Positions 26,352-39,095 of a DNA stretch of 64,000 nt are shown piece by piece. A program made the translations under genes and the position numbers. Source of the stretch: Haliotis rubra (taxonomy: Eukaryota); NCBI RefSeq assembly GCF_003918875.1, contig NW_025767168.1, forward strand, positions 868,001 to 932,000. The letters run 5' to 3'. The number at the start of each line of letters is the position of its first letter. Positions within the stretch are counted from its first letter, which is position 1. Below the pieces are notes generated by a model, which worked only from the letters and a program-made list of their open reading frames with translations, was not told the origin of the DNA and ran no database searches.

Positions 26352-26948
26352 TAGACTAACACGGATCCTCTGAAAATTATAATTTTGATACAGACAAATA
26401 ATTCCTTTTAAACTGAAAAGGAGCCCCAGTGAGATGGGAGATTCAGAACCTGAGGGGGTCCAGAGTTACTTCTTGTAGGGCTATAGTATTGCAGAAAGGG
26501 CTGGGCTGACGGTAGAATGCTTAGTCTCTGAATATATATAATTTTGATAGTAACAAACAAGCCCATTTAAATTGAAAAAGGAGCCCCAGGGAGACCAGAT
26601 ATTCTGAGGAAATCTAGACTGGCTTTATTTAGGGCTTTGCAGAGGAGGCTTGGCAGTAGGGAAAATAATGTGGTTCAGGGACTGTGAGACAGACTAGGCT
26701 GACGGTAGATGTCTCTCATACAGATCATGAGACAAATGTATCCCAGAAAACCCATTCAAAAATAGGACACGTGGTAAGTTTAGATTTTCACAGTTTCAGT
26801 TTCTGAACTTGAAAAAAGTCCCTGGACTCCTTTTCACTATATTTTATAATTATCATTTATGTACCCTTTTTCCTGTAAAATACGTTCAATTCAGAGACTA
26901 GAAGGTTGAAGGGAAAATAGGGCGGCTCAGGGACTGTGAGACAGACAA
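26352..26948 (-). mobile_element. Nest of three Academ-like MITEs (outer 26352-26948; inner 26513-26696 and 26706-26903)
   Basis: Outer TSD ATACTGG(CA/GG); target GGCTGACGG at 26504-26512 and 26697-26705, variant GGTTGAAGG at 26904-26912. Confidence 0.75.
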
Positions 26949-27062
26949 ATACTGGGGCTGAAGGCGACCGAAGAGGACAGCAGGGATGTAGTAACCCAAA
27001 TGGACACTTACATTGGAACGCTATTGAGTTACCGAGGTATACAGTTCCTTCTTAAGTATTTT

Positions 27063-27156
27063 GAGCAAGTGAATCTAGTTTTACGCCGCTTTTAGCAATA
27101 TTCCAGCAATATCACGGCGGCGGACACCAGAAATGGGCTTCACATATTGTACCCAT
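27063..27156 (-). mobile_element. 5'-truncated SINE family A
   Basis: 3' half only, flanked by TSD TAAGTATTTTG, consistent with truncation during target-primed reverse transcription. Confidence 0.9.
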
Positions 27157-27454
27157 AAGTATTTTGGATGTAAGTATCATAATAATCATTAATGTGTATA
27201 TATACACCAGTTTAGCTATATGCACTTTCTGGATAAAACCAATGATCAGAGGTCGTTCCATGGGATACTCGTGGCTACGGTCTTTATAATTTCGATTTCC
27301 ACTACATCATTGCAACAGCGGCAGATTGGCAGATTCAACTTAAGTACCTATAATTTCCCTGATATCAATAAACAAAACAATGCAACGTTTTGTTGATTGT
27401 CATCTAAACCGACTCTACCCCGTACCATAAGCGCCTCTTAACGATCAATAGTCT

Positions 27455-28075
27455 CTTGGCATATCAGTAGGCCCATCGATACATCAGTAGGTCTTCGGCA
27501 CGTCAGTAGGGCTATTGGCACATCAGTAGGCCTTCGACACATCAATAGGCCCTTGGTTCATCAGTAGGCCCTCGGCAAATGAGTATGTCCTTAGTATAGC
27601 AGTAGGCCCTCTGCACATCGGTAGGACATTGGTACATCAGTAAGCCTTCGACACATCAATAGGCCCCTGGTACATCAGTAGGTCCTTGGAACACCAATAG
27701 GTCCTTGGAACATCAGTAGGTCCTTGGAACACCAGTAGGCCCTTGGAACATCAGTAGGTCATTGGTACATCAGTAGGCCTTTGACATATCTGTAGGTCCT
27801 TGGCACATCAGTAGGTTCTTGGTACATCAGTAAGTCCTTGGCACATCAGTAAGTCCTTGGCACATCAGTAGGTCCTTGGAACATCAGTAGGTCTTTGGTA
27901 CATCAGTAGGTCTATGGTACGTCAGCAGGCCATTGGCACATCAGTAGGCCTTCGACACATCAGTAGGTCAGTGGTATAGCAGTAGACCCTCGGCACATCG
28001 GTAGGCCCTTGGCACATCAGTGGGCCCTTAGCACATAAGTAGGCCCTCGGCACATCAGTAGGCCCTTGGCTCATC
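27455..28075. repeat. 20-bp minisatellite (about 31 copies), consensus GGCACATCAGTAGGCCCTTG
   Basis: catcagtagg recurring every 20 bp. Confidence 0.95.
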
Positions 28076-29004
28076 AATCTTTCCGAACCGCACTGCATTC
28101 ATCGTCATCGTCATCGTCGTTGAGGAGTTCGCCCTTGATCCTCGTGTGCACTACACGTCAATCATTGTTCCCCAAACCGATCAATTGTTCAACATTATAT
28201 TGTCACAGATGTTGGCGATCTTGCAAACCATCTGCCCAGTGACAACGTCCTGGTGTCCGTCAGCGTGGTGCCTCTCTTGATGTACCGTGCTGTGCCTCGC
28301 TTGAATCAGTAGTCATAACGGCCCATTTACACTTCCCTCTGATCGTCGAGCACCTGTCTCTGTGACGTAATGTCCAGCTCGGACCACGTAGCATATCGAG
28401 GACCATGCTGGGAGCTGGACACATCATTGTCCAGCTGGCTCGGGTGGAAGACCTCAGAGGACAAAAGGGTTAATGACGATAGTGCATTTCGTTGCGATGC
28501 CGTGGGCAGGGATGAAGTTGACCGCGATACATGTTACCTGCATTCTCCGAGCTGCTGCCAGGGACACATGTCATATTGGGGATTACATTGTCTCAGTAAA
28601 GTACAGAGTCTAGTACTTTGGGGGATAAGGTCCTACCTTCGACTCGAACCCACATTCTGGTTGGTGGATGTACGGAAACATTGGGTGTTTGCAACTTACG
28701 GTCAATGTCATACAATTCAATACGCTATATTTATTGTTTGCGGTCCACGTTGGCACACACACAGTGTTTGCCCTTAAACCTGAAAAGCTGCAGGCACTAA
28801 GGACCCAGGACCATAAAATGTTGTGGGTCCTGATCAGAATGTGTTGGCCCTATATTTTAATATGGAAATAATACTCTTAGTTATTGGGGATGAAAAAGCT
28901 GTCGGCCATAAGGACCTGCAGAAAACAAAAGCTGTGGGTCCGAGTGGTTTTCAGTTGGCTTCTAGCCTTAGTACCGACGTTAATTCGAACGCTGCACACA
29001 CGCA

Positions 29005-29039
29005 CACGCCAACACACACACACACACACACACACACAC
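29005..29039. repeat. (CA)n microsatellite
   Basis: Direct observation. Confidence 0.9.
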
Positions 29040-29654
29040 TGATGACATACAATGAACATGAGTGTGGAAACCTCTCCCTACCCCTACCCTCTCAAATATT
29101 GATAAGTGTCAAGTTTCGTGTGTCAAAAGTATGGTCCGCCTTCTAACCAGAGTGCCACCCCTCCCAAAAACAAATGAATGGGTGTGTCCCCTGCCTCCAT
29201 CCCACCTGTCCTTCCCCTGATGGCCTCACCCTCCCATCTCCTCATTACCCCTCCTCTTCCCTCCCAATAACCCATTCTCGTTCCACCAACAGATAACATC
29301 ACGGGATATCCCGCGGGACACATACGAGACATGACGAGATGTTGTTATTCCGCCACGGGTTATAATTACGCTGCGTGCCTCCCTATCCTCTTACAAAATA
29401 ATGGAATCTGGGAACTTTCTTTTAATCTGTTTAGTTAAGCAGAACCAATTTGAATTTCGCCCACAATGTGCTCTGACACCCATCGGGTGTAAACCAAAGG
29501 TAGGAGGCATCTGTTGTCACGTGACAGTGACTTGATTCCCATTGACAGGACTGTTTCTTTGTTAGATCAACTAAGCCAGGGATTAGTCCAGATTAGTCCA
29601 GATCAGGAGGTTGTAGTGTAAACATAGTCACCATGATGTAACGCTCATCTCTAT

Positions 29655-30325
29655 TTCAATCAATCTTTATTTACAGTACTGAAGAGGCCGTAGGCCTATA
29701 GTACATTTAACATACAGTAGCAGAGGGTGCAATAGAAATGAATATATAGTAAATAATATCACATCTGTAATGCAGAGGATCTCATATTCATGGCATGGTA
29801 TATATACATTGCAAGGTATTTTGTGGATGTTTGATTTTGGGATGCCATGAGGGTATAGAATTTGTCTATTCGGGGGTTCAAGTAGAAATATTTCTTTATG
29901 TATTTTTTTCTGATATTTGCATACAATGGACAAACAAGCAAGAAATGATATTCACCTAATAACTCCTGATAAGTACAATATTTACACAAACGTTTTTCCC
30001 GTGGTATCCCTAAATGCCTACCTTTTTCTATTAGAAGATCATGGGAACTACATCTGAAACGGGCTAGTGCTGTTCTGAATTTCTTAACATTAATGTCTAG
30101 AAGATATTTTTCTGTGAGAATGAATGATTTAAAACACGAGTAATGGTTTAACTTATTGTGTAAACATAGTGAAAAGTGCCACTTTTGAAAATACATATCT
30201 TTTAACCTTTGTGTTAAATCATATATAAAATGATCTGGTGCTGTTACATTTTGTCCTCTCCAGATGTAATCATAGCCGCAAGACTGAAGTATCGTTCTGA
30301 CACCAGAGGTCCAATAGAGATTATT
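29655..30325 (-). mobile_element. 5'-truncated RTE-X-like LINE: C-terminal zinc knuckle and 3' tail
   Basis: ORF 29759-30196 ALARFRCSSHDLLIEKGRH...RLCKYC...EYHFLLVCPLY (CCHC); tail aataaagattgattg. Confidence 0.88.
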
Positions 30326-31094
30326 GCTATCTTGACTGACATAAATGAAGTAGTACTTTGATTACACAATGCCATTTAGAAAGTGATCAAATGTAACACG
30401 TTATATTTGTGATTACACTTTCTCAGTAAAGTACTGATTCTAGCATTTTTGTTGGGTTGAGTCCCATACGGGATCGAACCCACACCCTCACAATCGGGCA
30501 CCAAATTGCCAGACCACAGTAGGAATTCTTCTGGGCGCCTGATGAATTTTGCTACTTTTGTCAGATTATATCTGATTCTTTCCTCCAGTTTATACATCCA
30601 AAGTGAACGTTTCTTCAATATATTCATTGTTTGCATCAACGTTTGAGATATTCCTTGGCACTGAGTGTAGGGTGGAGACAGGTTTGGTGCTGGGTGGTAG
30701 TAGATTAGGCTGGGCTGAGGACTGGTTGTTGGTAGTTAACCCCTATATCTGACAAACTGCCTTGCTGAAAGAGTGAAGGCGTTTTAAACACCAGCAACAG
30801 CCGAAGAAACTCCTGATCTTGTCTGGTGTCATCGATGGTACATTAACTCAGCTATTGATGACTGGTATACACCGGGAGCGGTCAGTCTACAAGGGTGGTC
30901 ATTTGCAGTGATTTAATAATGACCTTGGTCAGTCAGGCGTGCCTCGGTCGTAGATAACGAGATATCAGCACCGGCATTATCAAATTCAATCAATTGGCTT
31001 CTCTGACCAGCAGTACTGATCGGTCATCGATTCCATTTGTACATTACACATTTGTGATATCCTGCCATTCACTGATATCATTATGCATGTAGTT

Positions 31095-31248
31095 GTGGAA
31101 TAAAGCCTTGTGGTTAATGCGTTCGCCCATTACGCCAAATACCCTGGTTCGATTCCCCAAATGGGTACATTGTGAGAAGCCCATTTCTGGTGATCTCACC
31201 ACCCACATGATTTTTAAACCAGGAGTAAACCACAAATCACTCACTCAC
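31095..31248 (+). mobile_element. SINE family A, diverged
   Basis: Consensus match. Confidence 0.85.
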
Positions 31249-32887
31249 GTATCTATTGAATATCTGCTGACCAATGTCCATTCAATGTCTCATCAATGAT
31301 AGCATCCCGAATGTCTCGGCAATGGTTGCAAGTTTTCCTGTCAAGAATACAATACCGTGGAGTGCTCAGTAGTCCGCACTTCGCTGTAAAGGGTTATGTC
31401 CCTTTGTCGTGTCCGGGTGCGCAGATTGTGTGTTTGAACCCTGATTGGCCTGGACGATAATTCTTTCTTTGTAAACATCATACTTGAAAATATTTGAAAG
31501 TGGCCTTTCAAACTCATTCACTCGCTCAAACCCGTCCTAGAGAGTTTCACATAAACGGTTAACGTCTCCAAATAGTTTCAATTACGGCTTCACTCCCTCA
31601 TGAGCATATTGTCGTGATATAACTGAAATATTGTTCAACGAGGAATTATGTCGAGCTAAAGCACTCTAAATAAATGGAATGAATTATATTAATTTCAACG
31701 ACGATGACGTCATCAACAATAGCAATAAAACGTTACCATTAATTGCAGCAACGATGATTACACAGTTGCCATGGTAATACGTAATGCTCACGCGAAGGAT
31801 GGCATGGATGAAAGTGCACCCATATTCTAGTGTCAGAAAGCCAGTTGGGTTAAGAACATCACCGAAGTAGGTATGCTTTCAAACCTATGAATCAATAAAT
31901 TAGCTACGCCCCGAAATAAATTGCTTATCAAATATGTCGTGCGTGGCATCACAGAATCTCCCTGTTCCCCAAGCTCATTAAATGCGATGTTTATGTATGA
32001 GGTGACTGGATGCTTCGTTTTGTTCAGCGACACACGCATGCACAGACCCTTTGAATGAAATAGTAATTAAAGAGAGGACACAACTGCTTCTGTCGTGAGT
32101 GTCTACTTAAAAAAATAAACTTTTTCGCTTTCATTGACATTTATTCTTCGTGACTGAGTTCACGCTTCTAGGTTTTTTTGCTTCATAAAGCACTTTATGC
32201 ATGCATTATAACTCTCGTTCCCGCAAGCATTAACGCCATCAAGAGACGGGGCCTGTATTGTGTCAGAGCATCGATATATACATTGACTTCATGGCAATAC
32301 AACCACTGTTACTGTTAATACCGTATGGGCCTATTACTGCATACGAAAACATTAAGATCAAATTTCCGGGTTTGATTTACCTACCGTTGCGTAGAAACAC
32401 ATTAAACTTCTTGAGAAGGCATTAACATTTGGGTGAGACCTACGCCCAATCTCATGGAAACAACAACCGTGTTGTTTTTAACAGGACATTCATGGCAGGG
32501 GTGCGAAAGATCCGGGACTTGTTTAAAAAAGTTTGGTTCATCATTTTAATTTGCGAGTGTTAGGTCATTGAGTGTAAAGTGGAGACCGCGCACTGAGGCA
32601 TACCAGCTTGGTGTCATACTTTATGACTCGTGTAACAACTGGAGACTTTTACACTTGAGGGACCGTCATCACTCAGCTGTATGATTGCGAATTCAGATTT
32701 GGTGTCAATAAATTTATGAACTGGAGTGAAGGTGCGGAATACTGACTTTGAAACGTTCTTCGTTTAAACGAAGGCTGAAACCCTTCTGCCGAGCTATTCA
32801 ACTGTGTAGAGAATGGTTTGCGTTTTAACCACCGTCCATTGTATAACAGTTGTTGCTGAGCTGAATTGAACTTACTGCAAGGGCGTG

Positions 32888-33535
32888 GTGCTGACACTCC
32901 AATGTTCATTATGAGTTCGAATCTGATATTTGAACCAGCGAGCGAAGGATCCTCAGATGGCTAATGGGCAAACCTCCCTACAGCTATGATTCTGACACAA
33001 CAAGGATCCTAATGAGGTCGTATCTGAAATTTAAACCAGGGACCGATGGATCATCGGATGGTTAATGGCAGGGTATGAAATTCCCAAAAAATTCAGCCAG
33101 ACCACAGGGCTGGTTAGATGTAAAACTTGACAGCCCTGACCAAAACTTACCCGCCCGCAAATAATTTAGGTTCGACATCCAATTGGAATTCTTCATTTTT
33201 TTGAATTGATTAATAATGATTTATTATCCTGAAATAAGATGAACATCTTCATATACATTTCTAAATTACAAGCCGACCGTCGGGCAGGTGAATTTGAGAA
33301 TCTGGCAGTCCGTGTTGAAAATAACCCGTCCCGGACGGTCGGACAGGAAGGTATCTCGAACGCAGTTAATGGACACAACTCCCTACAACTATGATTCTGA
33401 CACTCCAAGGATCCTAATGAGGTCGAATCTGAAATTTGAACAAGCAACCGAAAGATCCTCGGATGGCTAATGGACAGACCTCCCTACCTCTCTGTGGATC
33501 AGGTCCCTACAGCTATGATTCTGACACGCCAAGGA
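32888..33535. repeat. 101-bp tandem repeat (about 3.5 units) interrupted by a MITE
   Basis: ctccctaca(g/a)ctatgattctgacac...ggatcctaatgaggtcg...ctgaaattt...ggatgg(c/t)taatgg; unit starts at 33379 and 33480 give the 101-bp period. Confidence 0.85.
33069..33365. mobile_element. hAT-like MITE
   Basis: Imperfect TIRs CAGGGTATGAAAT / ATCTCGAACGCAG; TTAATGG duplicated on both sides inside a repeat unit. Confidence 0.65.
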
Positions 33536-34309
33536 ACGAAATAAGGATGTAAAACCACGGCCATCAGATCCTGGCATTCCTAACTGGTACAACTCCAAAC
33601 TGTTAGTGTTCTACACCAAGGATCGTAGTCGGGGCAAACCTGATACCAGTATTCGAGTCATCGAATTTAGGCGCCTTATATGAAAAATGTGGTATTTGCT
33701 TCTGATCCGTTCCGATTTTGAAACGACATTTGCACTTCCAGAATCCCCGTTTTGAACTTTCTGTGCTTTAATAAAGCCACTAGCATTTGAGTATAAAAAA
33801 ATCACGCAATTTTTCCTCGTAATTGCCAAATTCTATGTTTTTCTATTCTCAATATAATTGAACCAGACCCATCGAACCAAAGGCGTCAAATTAACTGAGG
33901 AGCGAATCTAAAACGTGAAAACGTCCATTTAACACAGAACATCAGCACGAGATGTCGTAAAAAGCAACTGGTCTGTTTCGAGGATAATTTGGGGGCACAT
34001 TACTGTCGGTTCATGTGGTGAGGATCGAATACAGCAACAAGAGTGTAACTGTATGCAGCCACAATTGTGCAGCGCCCTTGAGGGACGCACCAGCACTGCC
34101 GGTTCTCGGTCTGAAGCAAGAACACGTTAGATCTGTGCTGTAGCGATTGTGAGCGTATGATCGCATAGTTGGTACGTGGCTTCTCCACGTGTATCTATTC
34201 TTCCATATACTAAAAAACTGTAAAAACGTTCTGACTGGCTAATGAAAAATGAAAACGCAAAAGCATTAGTACATGGTAAGAGAAAAAAGAGGTAGCAATT
34301 AGCAACGTT

Positions 34310-34730
34310 TTAGTAGTAGTAGTCGTTGCAGTCGTAGCAGTGGCAGCAGTAACAGTAGGTACATCCGCAGCAGCAGCAGTAGTAGTGGTACCGGTAGTAG
34401 TAGCTGAGGTATTAGCATTTCCAGTATAACAACAGCAGCAGAAGTCGTGGTGAGGTGAAATTGGGTTTAACGTCGTGCTTGAGAATATTTCAGCAATCAT
34501 ATGACGACGTGCATGCGTGTGTATGTGTATGTGCGGCTGCTTGTACTAGCCCAGACTGAAGCTGGTTTTATAGTGCTAGCCCACTGAGATACCATGCAAC
34601 AGTGAAGCATGAATACCCCTCTCAGACACATAATACTGACTCCGAGCAGCAGAAGTAGTAGTAGCGGCAACAGCAGCAGTAGAAGTAGCAGCAGTAGTGG
34701 TAGTAGGAGTAGTGGTAGTAGGAGTAGTTT
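34310..34730. repeat. (GTA/GCA)n low-complexity tract containing a 5'-truncated family C SINE (34450-34646, minus)
   Basis: Trinucleotide runs; 34450-34646 nearly identical to the 3' part of 11531-11867. Confidence 0.88.
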
Positions 34731-34816
34731 TTTCTATGTGGTAGTAGATACAAAGTAGTGATACAAAGCAGCAAATGATTAGCCGCAGCAAGATGCTCTT
34801 CGGCAACAGCAGCAAG

Positions 34817-35475
34817 ACAGCAGAAATACTCTCCTTGTCAACAGGAGAATTGGCAATAACAGAAATACTCTCCTCGTCAACAGGAGACTTGGCAATAACA
34901 GAAATACTCTCCTCGTCAACAGGAGACTTGGCAATAACAGTCAACAGGAGACTTGCAATATCAGTAACAGGAGACTTGGAAATACAAAACAGGAAATATC
35001 AGAAATACTCTCCTTGTCAACAGGAGACTTGGCAATAACAGAAATACTCTCCTCGTCAACAGGAGACTTGGCAATAACAGAAATACTCTCCTCGTCAACA
35101 GGAGACTTGGCAATAACAGAAATACTCTCCTTGTCAACAGGAGACTTGGCAATAACAGAAATACTCTCCTCAACAGGAGACTTGGCAATAACAGAAATAC
35201 TCTCCTTGTCAACAGGAGACTTGGCAATAACAGAACTCTCCTTGTCAACAGGAGACTTGGCATAACAGAAATACTTCCTCGTCAACAGGAGACTTGGCAA
35301 TAACAGAAATACTCTCCTCGTCAACAGGAGACTTGGCAATAACAGAAATACTCTCCTCGTCAACAGGAGACTTGGCAATAACAGAAATACTCTCCTCGTC
35401 AACAGGAGACTTGGCAATAACAGAAATACTCTCCTCGTCAACAGGAGACTTGGCAATAACAGAAATATTCTCAAC
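34817..35475. repeat. 39-bp minisatellite (about 16 copies) TTGGCAATAACAGAAATACTCTCCTCGTCAACAGGAGAC
   Basis: Near-identical tandem units with internal hairpin TCTCCT/AGGAGA. Confidence 0.97.
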
Positions 35476-35574
35476 AGCAGCATTGAAGCTGCAGAAGTAA
35501 CAGGAGAAGACGAATGCTGCCACGACAACAAAATATATCGTCAGGAACAGTAGCAGCAACAGCAAGACTGTAGA

Positions 35575-35808
35575 GCGATTCCCGTCAGCAGCCACAACAG
35601 AGGAATATCATCAGCAACAGCAGCAGCGAGAGAGCATAGCGACTTTCATCAGCAGCCACAACAGGGGAATATCATCAGCAACAGCAGCAGCGAGAGAGCA
35701 TAGCGACTTTCGTCAGCAGCCACAACAGGGGAATATCATCAGCAACAGCAGCAGCGAGAGAGCATAGCGACTTTCGTCAGCAGCCACAACAGGGGAATAT
35801 CATCAGCA
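35575..35808. repeat. 64-bp tandem repeat (about 3.5 copies)
   Basis: Unit starts at 35583, 35647, 35711, 35775. Confidence 0.95.
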
Positions 35809-36631
35809 AAAAAATACTCCTCAGCAGCAACAGAAATGGAGGAGGGTGAATGTTGTCAGAGCGGCAGAAGTCTATCCTGTGCAGCAGTAGAAGCAACAAG
35901 CAAAGGCAGCAGCAGCAGCAGCAGAACTCTCCATAGCAACAGCAACAAAGGAATATAGTCGGAAACAACAGCATCGCAACAACAGCATAGCCACAGAAAG
36001 TCGCTTTCCGGCAACAGCTGAAGAAAAATAACATAAGCAGCAATAGGGAGACCAGAAAAGAGCATCGGCAGCAGATTTATCTCCCTTGCCCTGTACATAA
36101 GACGGTATACTAGTCACGAGCCTGTCCGCTAAAGAGCTGGACTGACAGGAAACAACTGGCACCATTACAACAATAGAAATACCTTACTTGTCTCCATACT
36201 ACATAAATAATGTACTGCGATAAATCAGAGATAACACGGGACCAATATCTAAACAAATGTCAACTGTTCGATTGCATGTCGCCTTGTCACACTATTGTCT
36301 GGCGGAGCATTCCGCGAGAGTTCATCCGGTGCCCAAGATCACACGAACCTGACGTAAAGCTTGAATTACCCCTTCTTGTCGGTTGTTCCATTCAAATCAG
36401 CGACCCTGATAACATATTCTGGAATCCTGCCATATCGATAACCGGACTGGCCACATGAGAAATTCACAGTAGAATACATATTCCCGGGACTGTCTTTCGT
36501 ATACCGATTTGGGCGATATAACCATTTCTCCTGATTTGAGCCGACATGTTCAAGAAATAATGGGCTTATCGCGCGATGGTGATAAACAAACACGCTGATG
36601 ATCAAGAGAAATCAGCGAAGATCAGACACTA

Positions 36632-36950
36632 GTGTATGTATAAGACGAGTATATGGATGACATGATCACCTGAAGACGGGTCAAGAAGTAGCCCAGAAAC
36701 GTTGCGTTATACAATAAACTGACTGAGTTTGGTTTTACGCCGCTTTTAGCAATATTACAGCAATATCACGGCGGGGGACACCAGAAATGGGCTTCACTCA
36801 TTGTACCCATGTGGGGATTCGAACGCTCGGCGTGACGAGCCAACGCTTTAACCACTAGACTACCCCACCGCCCCTTATACAATAAACAAGAAGTTGTCAT
36901 CCATATACTCGTCTTATGTATTCACCAACTTCTAAATGCCTCTCAAGAAT
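36632..36950 (+). mobile_element. Penelope-like element terminal fragment with minimal hammerhead motif and inverted partial repeat
   Basis: CTGAAGA-cgggtcaagaagtagccca-GAAACGTT at 36670-36703 followed by CAATAAA; perfect 23-bp inverted repeat 36640-36662/36895-36917. Confidence 0.7.
36720..36874 (-). mobile_element. SINE family A ((CAGT)n subfamily) inserted in the Penelope-like fragment
   Basis: 13-bp TSD TTATACAATAAAC. Confidence 0.95.
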
Positions 36951-38409
36951 CTCACACTATCTCACAGATTTAAAATGACACAAATGAATATAGCTTAATT
37001 TGCTGGTGTGATTTCTGTATATACTCATCAGTTTAATGATGTTACATCATGTGGTCTTTTCAGTGATTACGGGACAGATGAACGTGTTGCATGTAAGAAA
37101 CAAATCAAGGGTAGATGTTTTCAGGTTCAGTATATAGCGAAAAAGGCATGGCTATTTCTCTGTAGTTTCATGCCAATTTGCTTGTGGTTTTATGAGTTTA
37201 TTCCTATGATTTATACCATAAATTGATTAAAGACACGACATGTCTTTTCTAAACCTTATTCAGAAGTTTGCATGTCAGGAATCTTTTAATGTTTTTGGGG
37301 TTTTGTTTTATTTTGGGATTAATAAAATATGGAAATGATTCGCTAAATGTACATTTTCAAAAACTGATAAAAACATTAATTATGTATTTGGATTCTGCAT
37401 TGTGTATTTTGTATTCTATGACCATCATTATCTCTTGAGAACGAGCTAAATCTTGACAAATTCATTGTGCAAAAAAACCAAAACAAATTCTTCACGCACG
37501 AAATGCTAGGTATGTTTACATTCAAACGCGTGTCAATCATCTACCCAGGACCACGCCCACTATATTGTCAACCAACCAATCTGAAACGAGCGACAGTTGA
37601 CGAGCCTGGTGGTACCTTTTTCCAGCTATGCAGGTGCGAAGCCCCGAGGTAAAGCTGGTATGAGCTCCAGCTCTAAGCATCTCCAACCTGTTGGTTAATA
37701 GTCAACAAAAATAGTATGCTATCGAATCGGCTGTTTTCATGGGTCAATGACCCTGCACTTGAGGAGTCTCGCTGTTACACGCCCCAGTAACCCGTCACAC
37801 CTGGCAGATTTCCCATGCATAATGTACGCCGCTTCTAAACAAACGCGGATCTTGTCAAACGAGACGATCTTGTAATGGCGACACATGCCCTCTTTAAACA
37901 GTCACAAGGAATGACTTCGTGGCATCGTGTCGACAAAGTACAAGAGTAATTCAGTAAACAAAGTCTATAACTGCCTTCAGACGAAATGCCTATTTAATTT
38001 CGTTCGAGGGCGTCGCATTTTTTCCACGGGAAGGACTAAGCTATATTTATTTACATCGCAATACGATTAACGTCATAAGAAGAGAGTTGCATTCCGAGAT
38101 CCGATACCGGCTATAAGTGACACTTTTGTGTTATTTGTGTTCCCATTGGTAAGTGTAAAAAAGATGAACCTTTGTAAAGTAAGTTACCGATTGCTTTTAA
38201 AAAGTTAAAAAGGTATATCTTGTTTCGGGTATCTATCCGGAGTAGAGGTCCCAGGTTTAACAATGTGTCCCCACAGCCGATTACGTGAAGGTTCTTTCAG
38301 TTACAATACTGTACCGGTGATCCTGTCTGTCATTTAACACTAACGACGAACCTGAACCACTGTTTCATCAGGCCCAGATTCCTGTTATACAGCCCGTCGT
38401 GATGTATCT

Positions 38410-39095
38410 GAGTGACAGAATGTGGTTTTATGCCGCTTTAAGCAATATTCCAGCAATATCACAACGGTAACCCCATAATGGGGTTTTAGACTTTTCACTC
38501 ATGTGGACCATCGAACCCGGGTTTTCGACGTGTCGAGCGAACGCTATCAATGCATCCTTAGGATTCAGTGTCAGTGGATTCCAATTATCCAAGGGTAGTA
38601 ACAAACGTTGACCTTCCCGACTATTTGGTTTTTTTTCAACAATATTCAAGACGACAGTTTGTATGTAATAGCCTCTGGACTAGATAATCCAGTGATTGAC
38701 ATCATGAACATCATGTATATACTGGGTGTCCGTCCCTCATGCTGACGATGTGTTCTGATTGGCTGGTTGTTTAACTGGAATATTACTAACGTAAAACAAC
38801 ATTCGTTCTGCACCTTTTCTTACCACCTAAATTCAAACCGCAGTGGGTCGGTGGGTTAGCCTTGTGGTTAAAGCGTTTGCTTGTTACGTCCGGGTTCGAT
38901 TTCCACATAGGTACAATGTAAAGCGGATTTTTTTATGTTCCCCGCCTTGACATTGCTGGCATATTGCTAACAGCATAGAAAACATGTCACTCACTCACTT
39001 ACTCACTCACTCACTCACTCATAATGCCAAAACATAGTGCTTTTAGCAATATTCTAGCAATTATCACGGCGGGGGACACAAGAAATGGGCTTCAC
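38410..39095. mobile_element. Cluster of degenerate family A/B copies (38410-38545 minus, 38650-38720 family B, 38845-39021 plus, 39038-39095 minus)
   Basis: Consensus fragments on both strands. Confidence 0.75.

Noticed and set aside
25910-26362. 150-aa minus-strand ORF
   Set aside because: Starts inside a MITE end, no recognisable domain, no splice or promoter support
34576-35595. Long ORFs (up to 196 aa) and a CRISPR-like appearance of the hairpin-containing 39-bp repeat
   Set aside because: The ORFs are read-through of a tandem repeat whose unit is a multiple of 3; units are contiguous with no unique spacers, there are no cas genes, and the context is eukaryotic
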